Shown here in pieces: positions 32,942 to 41,415 of a stretch of 64,000 nucleotides of DNA. The notes beneath the pieces are model-generated. The model was not told the DNA's origin. It searched no databases and saw only the letters and a program-made list of their open reading frames with translations. The first letter of the stretch is position 1. Each line of letters begins with the position of its first letter. The DNA comes from Candidatus Nomurabacteria bacterium (lineage in GTDB: Bacteria; Patescibacteriota; Minisyncoccia; Phycocordibacterales; UBA9973). The stretch covers positions 12,780-76,779 of the forward strand of contig JBAXFQ010000001.1 of the NCBI GenBank assembly GCA_037139835.1, written 5' to 3'. The position numbers were made by a program, and so were the translations under genes.

Positions 32942-33015
32942 TGTCGGTGGGAAGACTTGAACTTCCTACCTCGGGCTTATGAGTCCCGCGCTCTAACCAG
33001 ATGAGCTACACCGAC
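32942..33015 (-). tRNA. tRNA with CAT anticodon (elongator Met or Ile2)
   Basis: GTCGGTG/CACCGAC acceptor, CTCATAA loop, GGAAG-TTCAAGT-CTTCC. Confidence 0.88.
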
Positions 33016-33061
33016 ATTTTCAGCTTGGGACATAGTTTGGGGCCTGTCACATGCCTACTTG

Positions 33062-33132
33062 TTGCGGGACTTGGAATCGAACCAAGGTCTTAAGGTTATG
33101 AGCCTTACGAGATACCATTTCTCTATCCCGCT
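33062..33132 (-). tRNA. Initiator tRNA-fMet(CAT)
   Basis: A1:A72 mismatch, GCGGGA/TCCCGC, A11-U24, TAAGG-CTCATAA-CCTTA. Confidence 0.88.
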
Positions 33133-33242
33133 ATAATAATAAGAGATTTTCTTATATCTGACTATTATACTTAAAAATGTAGAATATGCAAATTGAAAAT
33201 ATAGATTATATATAGTACTATGGATTGAGTTTGAACTTATTA

Positions 33243-33314
33243 GCCGTCATAGCTTAGTGGCAAAGCACTCCCTTGGTAAGGGAGAGAGCGTGAGTCCGAT
33301 TCTCACTGACGGCT
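33243..33314 (+). tRNA. tRNA-Thr(GGT)
   Basis: GCCGTCA/TGACGGC, CTCCC-TTGGTAA-GGGAG; T-loop reads TCCGATT. Confidence 0.9.
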
Positions 33315-33385
33315 CAAAAGATACCTAAGTATCTTTAAAGGTGTATTGCTCCTGTAAAGAGAGATTCTCACTGACGGCTCAAAAG
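33298..33385 (+). repeat. 23-bp direct repeat of the tRNA-Thr(GGT) 3' end
   Basis: GATTCTCACTGACGGCTCAAAAG at 33298-33320 and 33363-33385. Confidence 0.9.
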
Positions 33386-33457
33386 CCATCCTAGCTCACC
33401 TGGTAGAGCAATCCCTTCGTAAGGGATAGGTACCGAGTTCGAGTCTCGGGGATGGCT
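33385..33457 (+). tRNA. tRNA-Thr(CGT)
   Basis: GCCATCC/GGATGGC, ATCCC-TTCGTAA-GGGAT, CCGAG-TTCGAGT-CTCGG. Confidence 0.93.
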
Positions 33458-33534
33458 CCCATTTTCTTATGAGGTAGTTCGAATTTTGAAAATGCAGTAC
33501 TGTAAGTACTCATATTTATTAATTAATAAATTTT

Positions 33535-34581
33535 ATGATGAAAAAAATATCTAATGGTTCTAAAGTTTTCGAAGGCAGTAATGCAGTTACAGATTTTCTA
33601 ACTCCAGGATCTTTAGGAATGACCCCATTGGTAGAACTTCCATCATCTCTCAATAAATTCTCAAAAGATGGTGTTAGGATATTTGTAAAACTCATGCAAT
33701 TCGTTCCACTAGGAAATATAAAATCTATGCCTTCATGGCAGATGCTTTCTGGTATGAGTAAAGAAGATTTGAAATCCACTAAACATCTAGTTGAATACTC
33801 TTCAGGGAATACAGTTCTTTCTCTTGCTATATTATCTCGTCATTTTGGAATTCCAAATCTTCATGCGATTATTACCCCCGATGTACCTGAACACAAGAAG
33901 CGTCTTTTGAAGTTAGTCGGTGCCGACCTTATGATATCTCATGGCCCTCGTAGTCCTGATGTTCATAGTAATAAAGGAGGAGTATATGAAGCTAAACAAT
34001 TAGGTAAAAAGAAGGGGTGGCACAATCTAAATCAATATATCAATCCTGGAAATATAGGAGCAGGGGAAGAGTATGTAGCCAAAGAGCTTTGGTCTCAGCT
34101 AGGCGACAGACTTTCTATTTTTGCTGCGACCATTGGTACAGCTGGTACTATCTATGGAGCAGGTTCATATCTTAAATCTAAAAATAAAGATATATATGTG
34201 GCAGGTTCATCTATTAAAAAAGGTTCTTCTATTCCAGGCCCTCGTGTAGATGAAGCTATACTAAAGCTCGGTATTCCTTGGTATGACGTTGTTGATCAAG
34301 TTATACCTATCGATGCAGTGTCTGCCTATGAACGAAGTCTAGCTCTTATAAGGCTTGGTTTATTTGTTGGACCTTCGACTGGTATGCAGTTGGCAATGAT
34401 AGAAAAGATGATTAAAGAAATGAAAAGTAAAAAGACTTTAAATAAATATAGGAATAAAGATAAAGAGATAGTTATAGCTTTTGTTGCTTGCGATATGATG
34501 CATCCATATATAGATGATTACTTTTCTATACTTCCAAAAAAGTATTTTAAAGATGAACACAATTTAGAAAATAATAAATAA
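33535..34581 (+). CDS. PLP-dependent cysteine synthase-family protein
   Basis: TPLVEL, GNIK (PLP Lys), EYSSGNT, GTAGT, GLFVGPSTG. Confidence 0.85.
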   Translation: MMKKISNGSKVFEGSNAVTDFLTPGSLGMTPLVELPSSLNKFSKDGVRIFVKLMQFVPLGNIKSMPSWQMLSGMSKEDLKSTKHLVEYSSGNTVLSLAILSRHFGIPNLHAIITPDVPEHKKRLLKLVGADLMISHGPRSPDVHSNKGGVYEAKQLGKKKGWHNLNQYINPGNIGAGEEYVAKELWSQLGDRLSIFAATIGTAGTIYGAGSYLKSKNKDIYVAGSSIKKGSSIPGPRVDEAILKLGIPWYDVVDQVIPIDAVSAYERSLALIRLGLFVGPSTGMQLAMIEKMIKEMKSKKTLNKYRNKDKEIVIAFVACDMMHPYIDDYFSILPKKYFKDEHNLENNK

Positions 34582-34604
34582 ATATATTTTGTTATAATAA
34601 AAAT

Positions 34605-35492
34605 ATGGAAAGAGAGAAAGATGATCTAAAAAAAGAACTAGAAATCTTAGAGGCAGAGATGATTAAGAATGATTTCTGGTCTGACAAATCTAAAGCCCAA
34701 GCTACTATCAAAAGAATAGGGGAACTTAAGGACGAAATTCTAGGAGGAGAGAAATACGATAAAGGCAATGCCATCATTTCTATTCTTTCTGGTGCTGGAG
34801 GTGATGATGCTGAAGATTTCTCTTCTCTGCTTTTACGAATGTATTTAAAATATATAGAGAGGAAAGGTTGGCAAGTGACACTTCTCCATGAGAATAAGAA
34901 TGATGTCGGTGGTTATAGAAATATCTCACTCGAAGTCAGTGGTAAGGGTGTATATGGAACACTCAAGAATGAATCAGGCGTTCATCGACTTGTACGCATT
35001 TCTCCTTTTAATGCTAAGGCTCTTCGTCATACATCTTTTTCTTTAGTGGAAGTTGTTCCTAAATTACAGAAAGATGATACTGTCATTGAGATAAGACCAG
35101 AAGATATGAGAATTGAATTTTCAAAGTCAGGTGGTCCTGGAGGTCAAAATGTAAACAAAAGAGAAACTGCCGTCAGGATAATTCACTTACCTACGAACAT
35201 GTCAGTCCATGTCACGACAGAGAGATCCCAAGAACAGAACAGAGAAAGAGCAATGGAAATACTAAAAGGCAGGCTTTATAAGAAAAAATTAGAAGATAAA
35301 TTAAAAGAAAAGGCTGGTCTCTCGACGACTAAAACCACAGAGATAGAATGGGGGAGCCAAATACGTTCATATGTCCTTCATCCATATAAGATGGTCAAGG
35401 ATCATAGGACAGGAGTAGAAGTAAATGATGTTGACGGAGTGCTCGAAAGTGGCATGATTGATGATTTTATTGTTGCAGAAATGAATATGTGA
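34605..35492 (+). CDS. prfB: Peptide chain release factor 2, compact form
   Basis: GVHRLVRISPF (SPF), GPGGQNVNK (GGQ), WGSQIRSYVLHPY. Confidence 0.95.
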   Translation: MEREKDDLKKELEILEAEMIKNDFWSDKSKAQATIKRIGELKDEILGGEKYDKGNAIISILSGAGGDDAEDFSSLLLRMYLKYIERKGWQVTLLHENKNDVGGYRNISLEVSGKGVYGTLKNESGVHRLVRISPFNAKALRHTSFSLVEVVPKLQKDDTVIEIRPEDMRIEFSKSGGPGGQNVNKRETAVRIIHLPTNMSVHVTTERSQEQNRERAMEILKGRLYKKKLEDKLKEKAGLSTTKTTEIEWGSQIRSYVLHPYKMVKDHRTGVEVNDVDGVLESGMIDDFIVAEMNM

Positions 35493-35508
35493 TAAAATTG
35501 TAGAATCG

Positions 35509-36186
35509 ATGATCTATTTTGATAATGTTACAAAAAAATACAAAGAAAATACTTCGCTGGAGGAAGTGACACTTTCTATCGCTCCAGGAGAATTCGTTTC
35601 TATTGTTGGTCATTCAGGTGCGGGTAAGACCACTTTAACTAAATTGATATTGGCTGAAGAAGCTCCTACTTCAGGAACTGTCTTTTTTGAGTCTACAGAT
35701 ATCCATAAACTTTCTAAGAATGATTTGATGAATTTTCGTCGTAAAGTTGGTATCGTTTTCCAGGATTTCCGTCTACTTCCGAATAGAACTGCCTATGAAA
35801 ATATCGCTTTTGCTATGGAAGCTACAGGGAAGAAAGATGAAGATATCATGGAAGATGTTCCTCATGTACTTGAGCTTGTAGATCTTACCAATAGAGCCTT
35901 TCATTTTCCTCACCAACTTTCTGGTGGAGAAAAACAACGCCTAGCCATTGCCCGAGCTATCATTACTCAACCAGATTTGATTATCGCTGACGAGCCTACA
36001 GGCAATCTGGATCCAGCTAATGCCATAGAAGTTATCAATATTCTTAAAAAGATAAATGATTTAGGTACTACTGTTATTTTGACTACTCACAATAAAAGTC
36101 TAGTGGATGGTATTAAAAAACGCGTCATAACTCTAGAGAATGGACGTGTGATAAGAGATGATAAAGAGGGTAAGTATATGCTATAA
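35509..36186 (+). CDS. ftsE: Cell-division ABC ATPase FtsE
   Basis: GHSGAGKTT, VFQDFRLL, LSGGEKQR, ADEPTGNLD. Confidence 0.93.
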   Translation: MIYFDNVTKKYKENTSLEEVTLSIAPGEFVSIVGHSGAGKTTLTKLILAEEAPTSGTVFFESTDIHKLSKNDLMNFRRKVGIVFQDFRLLPNRTAYENIAFAMEATGKKDEDIMEDVPHVLELVDLTNRAFHFPHQLSGGEKQRLAIARAIITQPDLIIADEPTGNLDPANAIEVINILKKINDLGTTVILTTHNKSLVDGIKKRVITLENGRVIRDDKEGKYML

Positions 36187-36195
36187 TCAAAATAT

Positions 36196-37116
36196 ATGTT
36201 AATACACGCAAAAAGAATAATAAGAACAGGTTGGAATAGTTTCGTACGTAGCGGATTTACTTCGATAGCTAGTATTCTCATCATGACCATTACTCTCTTT
36301 GTGATGACTTCTCTTATTTTTGTTCAAGCATCACTTAATGCATCTTTAAATGAAATTAAAGACAAAGTAGATGTCACTATTTATTTCGTTCCTGGAGCTG
36401 ATGAAACTTCTATTTTGAAAGTCGAGGATTCTTTAAAGAAATTACCTGAAATTAAAACTATATCTTACACTTCTGCTACAGAGGCATTGTCTAATTTTAA
36501 AGATAAGCATTCTAATGATTACCTTACTTTACAAGCTTTAGATGAGCTCAACGATAATCCACTAGGAGCATCTCTAAATATAAAAGCCAATGATCCTTCA
36601 CAGTATGAGAGCATTTCTAAATATTTTGAGAATGATAATGCATTATCAAAAGGCGCTCTAACTATCATAGACAAGATAGATTATAGTCAAAATAAAATAG
36701 TCATTGATAGACTTACTTCTATAATAACTGGAGCAAAGAATCTGGGATTTGCCGTTTCTATCGTTCTTATAATTATCTCTATAATCATAACTTTCAATAC
36801 AATACGCTTGATAATCTTTATGTCCAAAGATGAGATTGCTGTTATGAGGCTTGTCGGAGCAGGTACAAAATACGTCCAGGGTCCATTTATCGTTTCTGGT
36901 ATTTTAGTTGGAGTATGTGCGGCTCTTCTGACTATTCTTATTTTCATCCCAGTTTCTATATGGCTAGGTAATAATATGACTGACTTCATTGGAATTAATT
37001 TATATCAATATTATAAATCAAATTTCTTGCAGTTATTTATTATCATGTTAGGTTTTGGCATTGCGCTTGGAAGTATTTCAAGTTTCTTTGCTATTAGTCG
37101 TTATCTAAGAAAATAA
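36196..37116 (+). CDS. ftsX: Cell-division permease FtsX
   Basis: 4 TM, NPL..S, NTIRL, EIAVMRLVGA. Confidence 0.92.
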   Translation: MLIHAKRIIRTGWNSFVRSGFTSIASILIMTITLFVMTSLIFVQASLNASLNEIKDKVDVTIYFVPGADETSILKVEDSLKKLPEIKTISYTSATEALSNFKDKHSNDYLTLQALDELNDNPLGASLNIKANDPSQYESISKYFENDNALSKGALTIIDKIDYSQNKIVIDRLTSIITGAKNLGFAVSIVLIIISIIITFNTIRLIIFMSKDEIAVMRLVGAGTKYVQGPFIVSGILVGVCAALLTILIFIPVSIWLGNNMTDFIGINLYQYYKSNFLQLFIIMLGFGIALGSISSFFAISRYLRK

Positions 37117-37119
37117 AAT

Positions 37120-38811
37120 ATGGAAAAATCATCTGAATTAAAGCTAGAGAGTAAATTATCTAACTGTAAGTATATTTTCGTTGTAGGTGGAGTTATATCA
37201 GGAGTGGGGAAGGGTATTACTGCTTCATCTATTGCACGTATTCTTTCAGATAGAGGCCAACGTGTCACAGCTATCAAGATTGATCCATATATCAATATAG
37301 ATGCAGGTACGATGAATCCTACTGAGCATGGCGAAGTTTTTGTACTTGATGATGGAGATGAGACAGACCAAGACATGGGTAACTATGAAAGATTTTTAGG
37401 AGTTGACCTATCTCGTGCGAATTATATGACGACTGGGCGAGTCTATCAAAGCGTTATCGAACGCGAGAGGAATCTAGAGTATAAAGGAGCTTGTGTGCAA
37501 GTCGTTCCTCACATACCACTTGAGGTTATTCATCGTATTGAGAATGCTCGCGATAAGGCCAATGCCGATGTTGTCTTGATAGAGATAGGTGGTACTGTCG
37601 GTGAATATGAAAATATTCTTTTCCTTGAAGCCGCTCGTATTATGAAACTTCGCAAGCCAAATAGTGTTTTCTTTGTGATGGTTTCTTACTTACCTGTACC
37701 TGGAAATATCGGAGAGATGAAGACAAAGCCTACCCAGCATGCAGTGAGAACTTTAAATTCTTCTGGAATTCAACCAGATATTATAATAGCCAGAAGTAAG
37801 ATGCCACTAGATGATAAGAGAAAGGAGAAGCTTTCTATGTTTTGTAATGTTCCTGTTGATCACGTCATTTCAGCTCCAGATGTAGATAGTGTTTATGATA
37901 TTCCTATAAACTTTGAGAAGGAAGGCTTGGGGGATATGATCTGCGGCACTGTCGGTATGACTTGTGGTCCAGCCATAAATGAAGGATCGGCAAAGTGGAA
38001 AAAGTTTGCAAAATCAACCCATGTAAAAAATAATGAGATAAAGATAGCTATAGTTGGTAAATATTTTAATACAGGAGACTTCACTCTTTCTGATTCATAT
38101 CTTTCTGTTATAGAAGCTATTAAATATTCTGGATATGCAGCTGGTAGTAAGCCCACTCTTACTTGGATATCATCTATGGACTTCGAGAAGGATCCAAAAA
38201 AAATAAAAGAACTTTCTAAATATGATGGTATTATAGTCCCTGGTGGATTTGGCTCTCGTGGAATAGAAGGTATTCTAAAAACAATTGAATATGCTCGTAA
38301 GAACAATATACCTTATTTCGGTTTGTGCTATGGAATGCAATTGATGGTTATCGAATATGCTAGAAATGTACTAGGACTTAAAGATGCAAATACTCGCGAG
38401 GTAGATCCTAGTTCAAAGAATATTGTTATCGATATAATGGAAGATCAAAAAGATAAATTAGAAAAGAAAAATATGGGAGGTAGTATGCGCTTAGGTGCAT
38501 ACCCTGCAAGTTTAAAGAAGGGTACTGTTGCTCATAAGGCTTATGGTGCTGCAGAAATATCAGAACGTCATAGACATCGCTATGAGGTCAATAATGCTTA
38601 CAGAGAGGCCATAGAGGGTGCTGGATTAGTGTTCTCGGGGCTTTCCCCAGACGGAAAGCTTTGTGAAATAGCCGAACTTCCTGCAGGTAAGCATCCTTTT
38701 TTCTTGGGTACACAATTCCATCCAGAGTTTAAAGCTAGACCTCTCTCTCCACATCCTTTATTTACGGCTTTTATAAAAGCTTGTCAGAAAAAAATAGGTT
38801 CTAGTAAATAG
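37120..38811 (+). CDS. pyrG: CTP synthase
   Basis: GGVISGVGKG, DPYINIDAGTM, GLCYGMQ, QFHPEF. Confidence 0.98.
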   Translation: MEKSSELKLESKLSNCKYIFVVGGVISGVGKGITASSIARILSDRGQRVTAIKIDPYINIDAGTMNPTEHGEVFVLDDGDETDQDMGNYERFLGVDLSRANYMTTGRVYQSVIERERNLEYKGACVQVVPHIPLEVIHRIENARDKANADVVLIEIGGTVGEYENILFLEAARIMKLRKPNSVFFVMVSYLPVPGNIGEMKTKPTQHAVRTLNSSGIQPDIIIARSKMPLDDKRKEKLSMFCNVPVDHVISAPDVDSVYDIPINFEKEGLGDMICGTVGMTCGPAINEGSAKWKKFAKSTHVKNNEIKIAIVGKYFNTGDFTLSDSYLSVIEAIKYSGYAAGSKPTLTWISSMDFEKDPKKIKELSKYDGIIVPGGFGSRGIEGILKTIEYARKNNIPYFGLCYGMQLMVIEYARNVLGLKDANTREVDPSSKNIVIDIMEDQKDKLEKKNMGGSMRLGAYPASLKKGTVAHKAYGAAEISERHRHRYEVNNAYREAIEGAGLVFSGLSPDGKLCEIAELPAGKHPFFLGTQFHPEFKARPLSPHPLFTAFIKACQKKIGSSK

Positions 38812-38825
38812 TTTCTAGTGAGTAG

Positions 38826-38860
38826 TAAAATCCCCGCAAACTTCGTTTGCGGGGATTTTA
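38826..38860. terminator. Bidirectional terminator
   Basis: TAAAATCCCCGCAAAC-TTC-GTTTGCGGGGATTTTA. Confidence 0.85.
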
Positions 38861-38899
38861 AGGATTTTTACTATTCACTAATCACTAACTTACAAATCA

Positions 38900-39625
38900 C
38901 TAATTCAGTTCATCTGCACCGTCTCTTATTTTACTCGTACGAACTATTTCTAATATTTTATCTACATCATCAGTAATTATAAATCTTTCTAAGTCAGAAG
39001 GAGATATAGTTTTATATTTTTCCACCATCGATTCTTCAAGTAACTTTTTGATAGGATTCCAGAATTCTGTTCCAAATAGTATTACTGGTATTGGTCCTAC
39101 TTTTCCAGTCTGTAGGTGTGTGAGCATTTCGAAGAATTCATACATTGTTCCTGTTCCTCCTGCACAGTAGACTACTGCTTCTGTCGTATATTGCATTGAT
39201 ACTTGTCTAGCAAAGAAGAAATGAAATGGTACTTCTTTCGTTACATATTTGTTTGTATTTTGTTCTTTTGGAAGTCTGATTGTTAATCCGACGGATTCTA
39301 TTCCAGCATCAAACGCACCTTTGTTAGCAGCTTCCATGATTCCTCCACCTCCGCCAGATATTATCACATAGCCTAATTCTTTTGCTATTCTGTATGACAA
39401 ATTGTAAGCGTTCATGTAGTCAGGGTGATCGGGCTTAAGTCTAGCTGATCCGTAGAAAGTAACTGAAGGTCCAAGTTCTTTTACAGTATCTATTCCTTCA
39501 CGAAACTCTTCTTGTATCATACATAGCTTTGTCTCTTCTCCGTCTCCACCTGTAAGAGTCATACACCCATTTTTAATATCATCTGTGGTTATATGTCTAG
39601 GTTCATATTTTATTTCTGTATTCAT
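38900..39625 (-). CDS. LOG/TIGR00730-family Rossmann-fold protein
   Basis: VTFYGSAR, SGGGGGIMEAANKGA, GGTGTMYEFFE. Confidence 0.88.
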   Translation of the reverse strand: MNTEIKYEPRHITTDDIKNGCMTLTGGDGEETKLCMIQEEFREGIDTVKELGPSVTFYGSARLKPDHPDYMNAYNLSYRIAKELGYVIISGGGGGIMEAANKGAFDAGIESVGLTIRLPKEQNTNKYVTKEVPFHFFFARQVSMQYTTEAVVYCAGGTGTMYEFFEMLTHLQTGKVGPIPVILFGTEFWNPIKKLLEESMVEKYKTISPSDLERFIITDDVDKILEIVRTSKIRDGADELN

Positions 39626-39744
39626 CCCGTTTAGAAGCAGGTCGTGGTCATTATTTTAATAAAGACTAACGTGCTTATTTTATTATAAGTAATTAAATAA
39701 TATTACAATCCACATTATTCACCATGACCGCGGCTTCTAACGGG
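39626..39744. mobile_element. MITE-like element, 119 bp, flanked by an ATTCAT direct repeat
   Basis: Imperfect terminal inverted repeats CCCGTTTAGAAGCAGGTCGTGGT / ACCATGACCGCGGCTTCTAACGGG; ATTCAT at 39620-39625 and 39745-39750. Confidence 0.75.
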
Positions 39745-39855
39745 ATTCATAACCCCAATTCTACCTTAAAAATCTGATGTTTCCAAACTGTATTTTTGTA
39801 TAAGAATAATGGTCTAATGGTAGGAAAAATATCTCATTATTGATATAATATAAAT

Positions 39856-40557
39856 ATGCCAAGTAATTGGAATAGGGGATTAACTAAAGAAAATAATAAT
39901 TCTGTTAAGAAAATATCTGAAACAATGAAAAATAAACACATTGATAATTTTTACCATTGGAGAGAAAAAATGAAAAAAGAAGGTAAAATTAAATCAATTT
40001 ATCTACCTTTTAAAAAGAATGGAGATTTAGCAGAATTAATTGGTGTGACGCTAGGAGATGGTCATCTTTGTGTATATCCAAGAACAGAAGAATTAAGAAT
40101 AATATCAAATTCAAAAAATACTGGTTTTATTGAAAGATACTCAATTATTTTAGAGAAAGTTTTTAAGAAAAAACCTTATATTATAAATTCAAAAATTAGT
40201 AATTCAACAAGAATTGGTCTTTACGAAAAGAACATTAGTGAAAGAATACAAATTCCTACAGGAGCACGTAAAAATATAGTTATTATTGTTCCTGACTGGA
40301 TTTTAAGAGATAAAAAGTATATAGTAAGGTATCTGCGAGGTTTATACGAAGCAGAGGGAAGTTTTAATGTTCATAGCTCTACTTATACTTATAAATTTTC
40401 ATTTTCTAACAGTAATGAATCAATGCTCAATAATGTATTTGATTTAATGAAAGTTATTGGTTTTAACCCGCATAAAAGTAAAAACCAGATTCAAATTTCA
40501 AGGAAAGAAGAAGTGTATAAGGCAATGAAAATATTAAAATTCAGAGACTATAAATAA
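39856..40557 (+). CDS. Free-standing two-motif LAGLIDADG endonuclease-family protein
   Basis: LAELIGVTLGDG and YLRGLYEAEGS motifs; basic N-terminal WNRGLTKE extension. Confidence 0.85.
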   Translation: MPSNWNRGLTKENNNSVKKISETMKNKHIDNFYHWREKMKKEGKIKSIYLPFKKNGDLAELIGVTLGDGHLCVYPRTEELRIISNSKNTGFIERYSIILEKVFKKKPYIINSKISNSTRIGLYEKNISERIQIPTGARKNIVIIVPDWILRDKKYIVRYLRGLYEAEGSFNVHSSTYTYKFSFSNSNESMLNNVFDLMKVIGFNPHKSKNQIQISRKEEVYKAMKILKFRDYK

Positions 40558-40563
40558 ATATTT

Positions 40564-40634
40564 TGCTGGTTGGTGTAATGGTAGCACGTCTCCCTCTGGA
40601 GGAGAAAATTGGGGTTCGAGTCCCTGACCGGCAG
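40564..40634 (+). tRNA. tRNA-Gln(CTG)
   Basis: TGCTGGT/ACCGGCA acceptor (U1-A72), TCTCC-CTCTGGA-GGAGA, GGTTCGAGTCC. Confidence 0.93.
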
Positions 40635-40812
40635 CAAAATGAAAATCCGCTTGTTAAAGCGGTATTTTCTTTTTTTGTTACCGGTAACGAGCAAACTTCT
40701 TTGCTCGTGTCAGGGACGAGAAAGACTTTTCTGTGGTTTGTTTACAAACCTAGAAAAGTACCAGCGACCGTAGGGCGAGAGAAGTGTATTCACAGTCCCT
40801 GACCGGCAGCAA
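40635..40812 (+). repeat. tRNA-Gln-associated structured element ending in a 19-bp copy of the tRNA 3' end
   Basis: AGTCCCTGACCGGCAGCAA at 40619-40637 and 40794-40812; internal motifs shared with 32554-32723. Confidence 0.85.
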
Positions 40813-40830
40813 GGGTTTTAAATATTAATT

Positions 40831-40839
40831 TGGTATAAT
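40831..40839 (+). promoter_or_regulatory. Extended -10 (TGnTATAAT) 6 nt before ATG; representative of many in this window
   Basis: TGGTATAAT-ACAATA-ATG(40846). Confidence 0.7.
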
Positions 40840-40845
40840 ACAATA

Positions 40846-41325
40846 ATGATAATTTTTATTAATGGTTCAATAAATTCTGGCAAAACTACAGTCTCTAAAA
40901 TATTAGCTTATAAACTTTCTAATGTAGCTTTAATAGAAATTGATTCACTTAGAGAAATGATTGATTGGATGCCACTCAATGAAGCAATTCCTATTAATTT
41001 AGAAAATACAATTTCATTAATCAAAAATTTTTCTAATAAAAATTTAAATACAATTATTCCATATCCTTTATCTAAGAAAAACTACGATTTCATTTTAAAT
41101 GAACTTAAAGATATAAATACGAAAATCTATACCTTCACATTAGCTCCAAAACTTGAGACGGTTCTCATTAATAGGGGAACCAGAGAATTAGATGACAGTG
41201 AACGTGAAAGAATTAAGTATCATTATAATATAGGAATACATAAGCCTATTTTTGGAGAAATTATAGATAACAGTAATCAAACACCTGAAGAAACCGCTAA
41301 TTTTATCTTATCTAAAATATCTTAA
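40846..41325 (+). CDS. P-loop kinase (AAA_33/shikimate-kinase-like)
   Basis: IFINGSINSGKTT, IDNSNQTPEETA. Confidence 0.8.
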   Translation: MIIFINGSINSGKTTVSKILAYKLSNVALIEIDSLREMIDWMPLNEAIPINLENTISLIKNFSNKNLNTIIPYPLSKKNYDFILNELKDINTKIYTFTLAPKLETVLINRGTRELDDSERERIKYHYNIGIHKPIFGEIIDNSNQTPEETANFILSKIS

Positions 41326-41350
41326 TTTTATCCTCATTTTCTATCAAAAT

Positions 41351-41392
41351 AGGTTCCAACTTCGTCCCAGACGGTCAGCAACGACTTTTTGA
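41351..41392 (+). repeat. Inter-gene repeat A (degenerate tRNA-Gln 3'-end-like), copy 1
   Basis: AGGTTCCAACTTCGTCCCAGACGGTCAGCAA; related copies at 42067-42090 and 42407-42434; CAACGACTTTTTGA recurs at 46612-46625. Confidence 0.7.
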
Positions 41393-41415
41393 ACTAGGTT
41401 TGATATAATAATTGT

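Noticed and set aside
34560-34610. Upstream frameshifted first segment of prfB
   Set aside because: No CTT-TGA site or upstream frame; the preceding gene ends 23 bp earlier
39856-40634. Group I intron or intein hosting the LAGLIDADG ORF
   Set aside because: The adjacent tRNA is uninterrupted, the ORF has its own promoter, start and stop, and there is no room for a ribozyme core or extein
40563-40802. 79 aa ORF in the ORF track
   Set aside because: Coincides with tRNA-Gln and the structured element; no protein features
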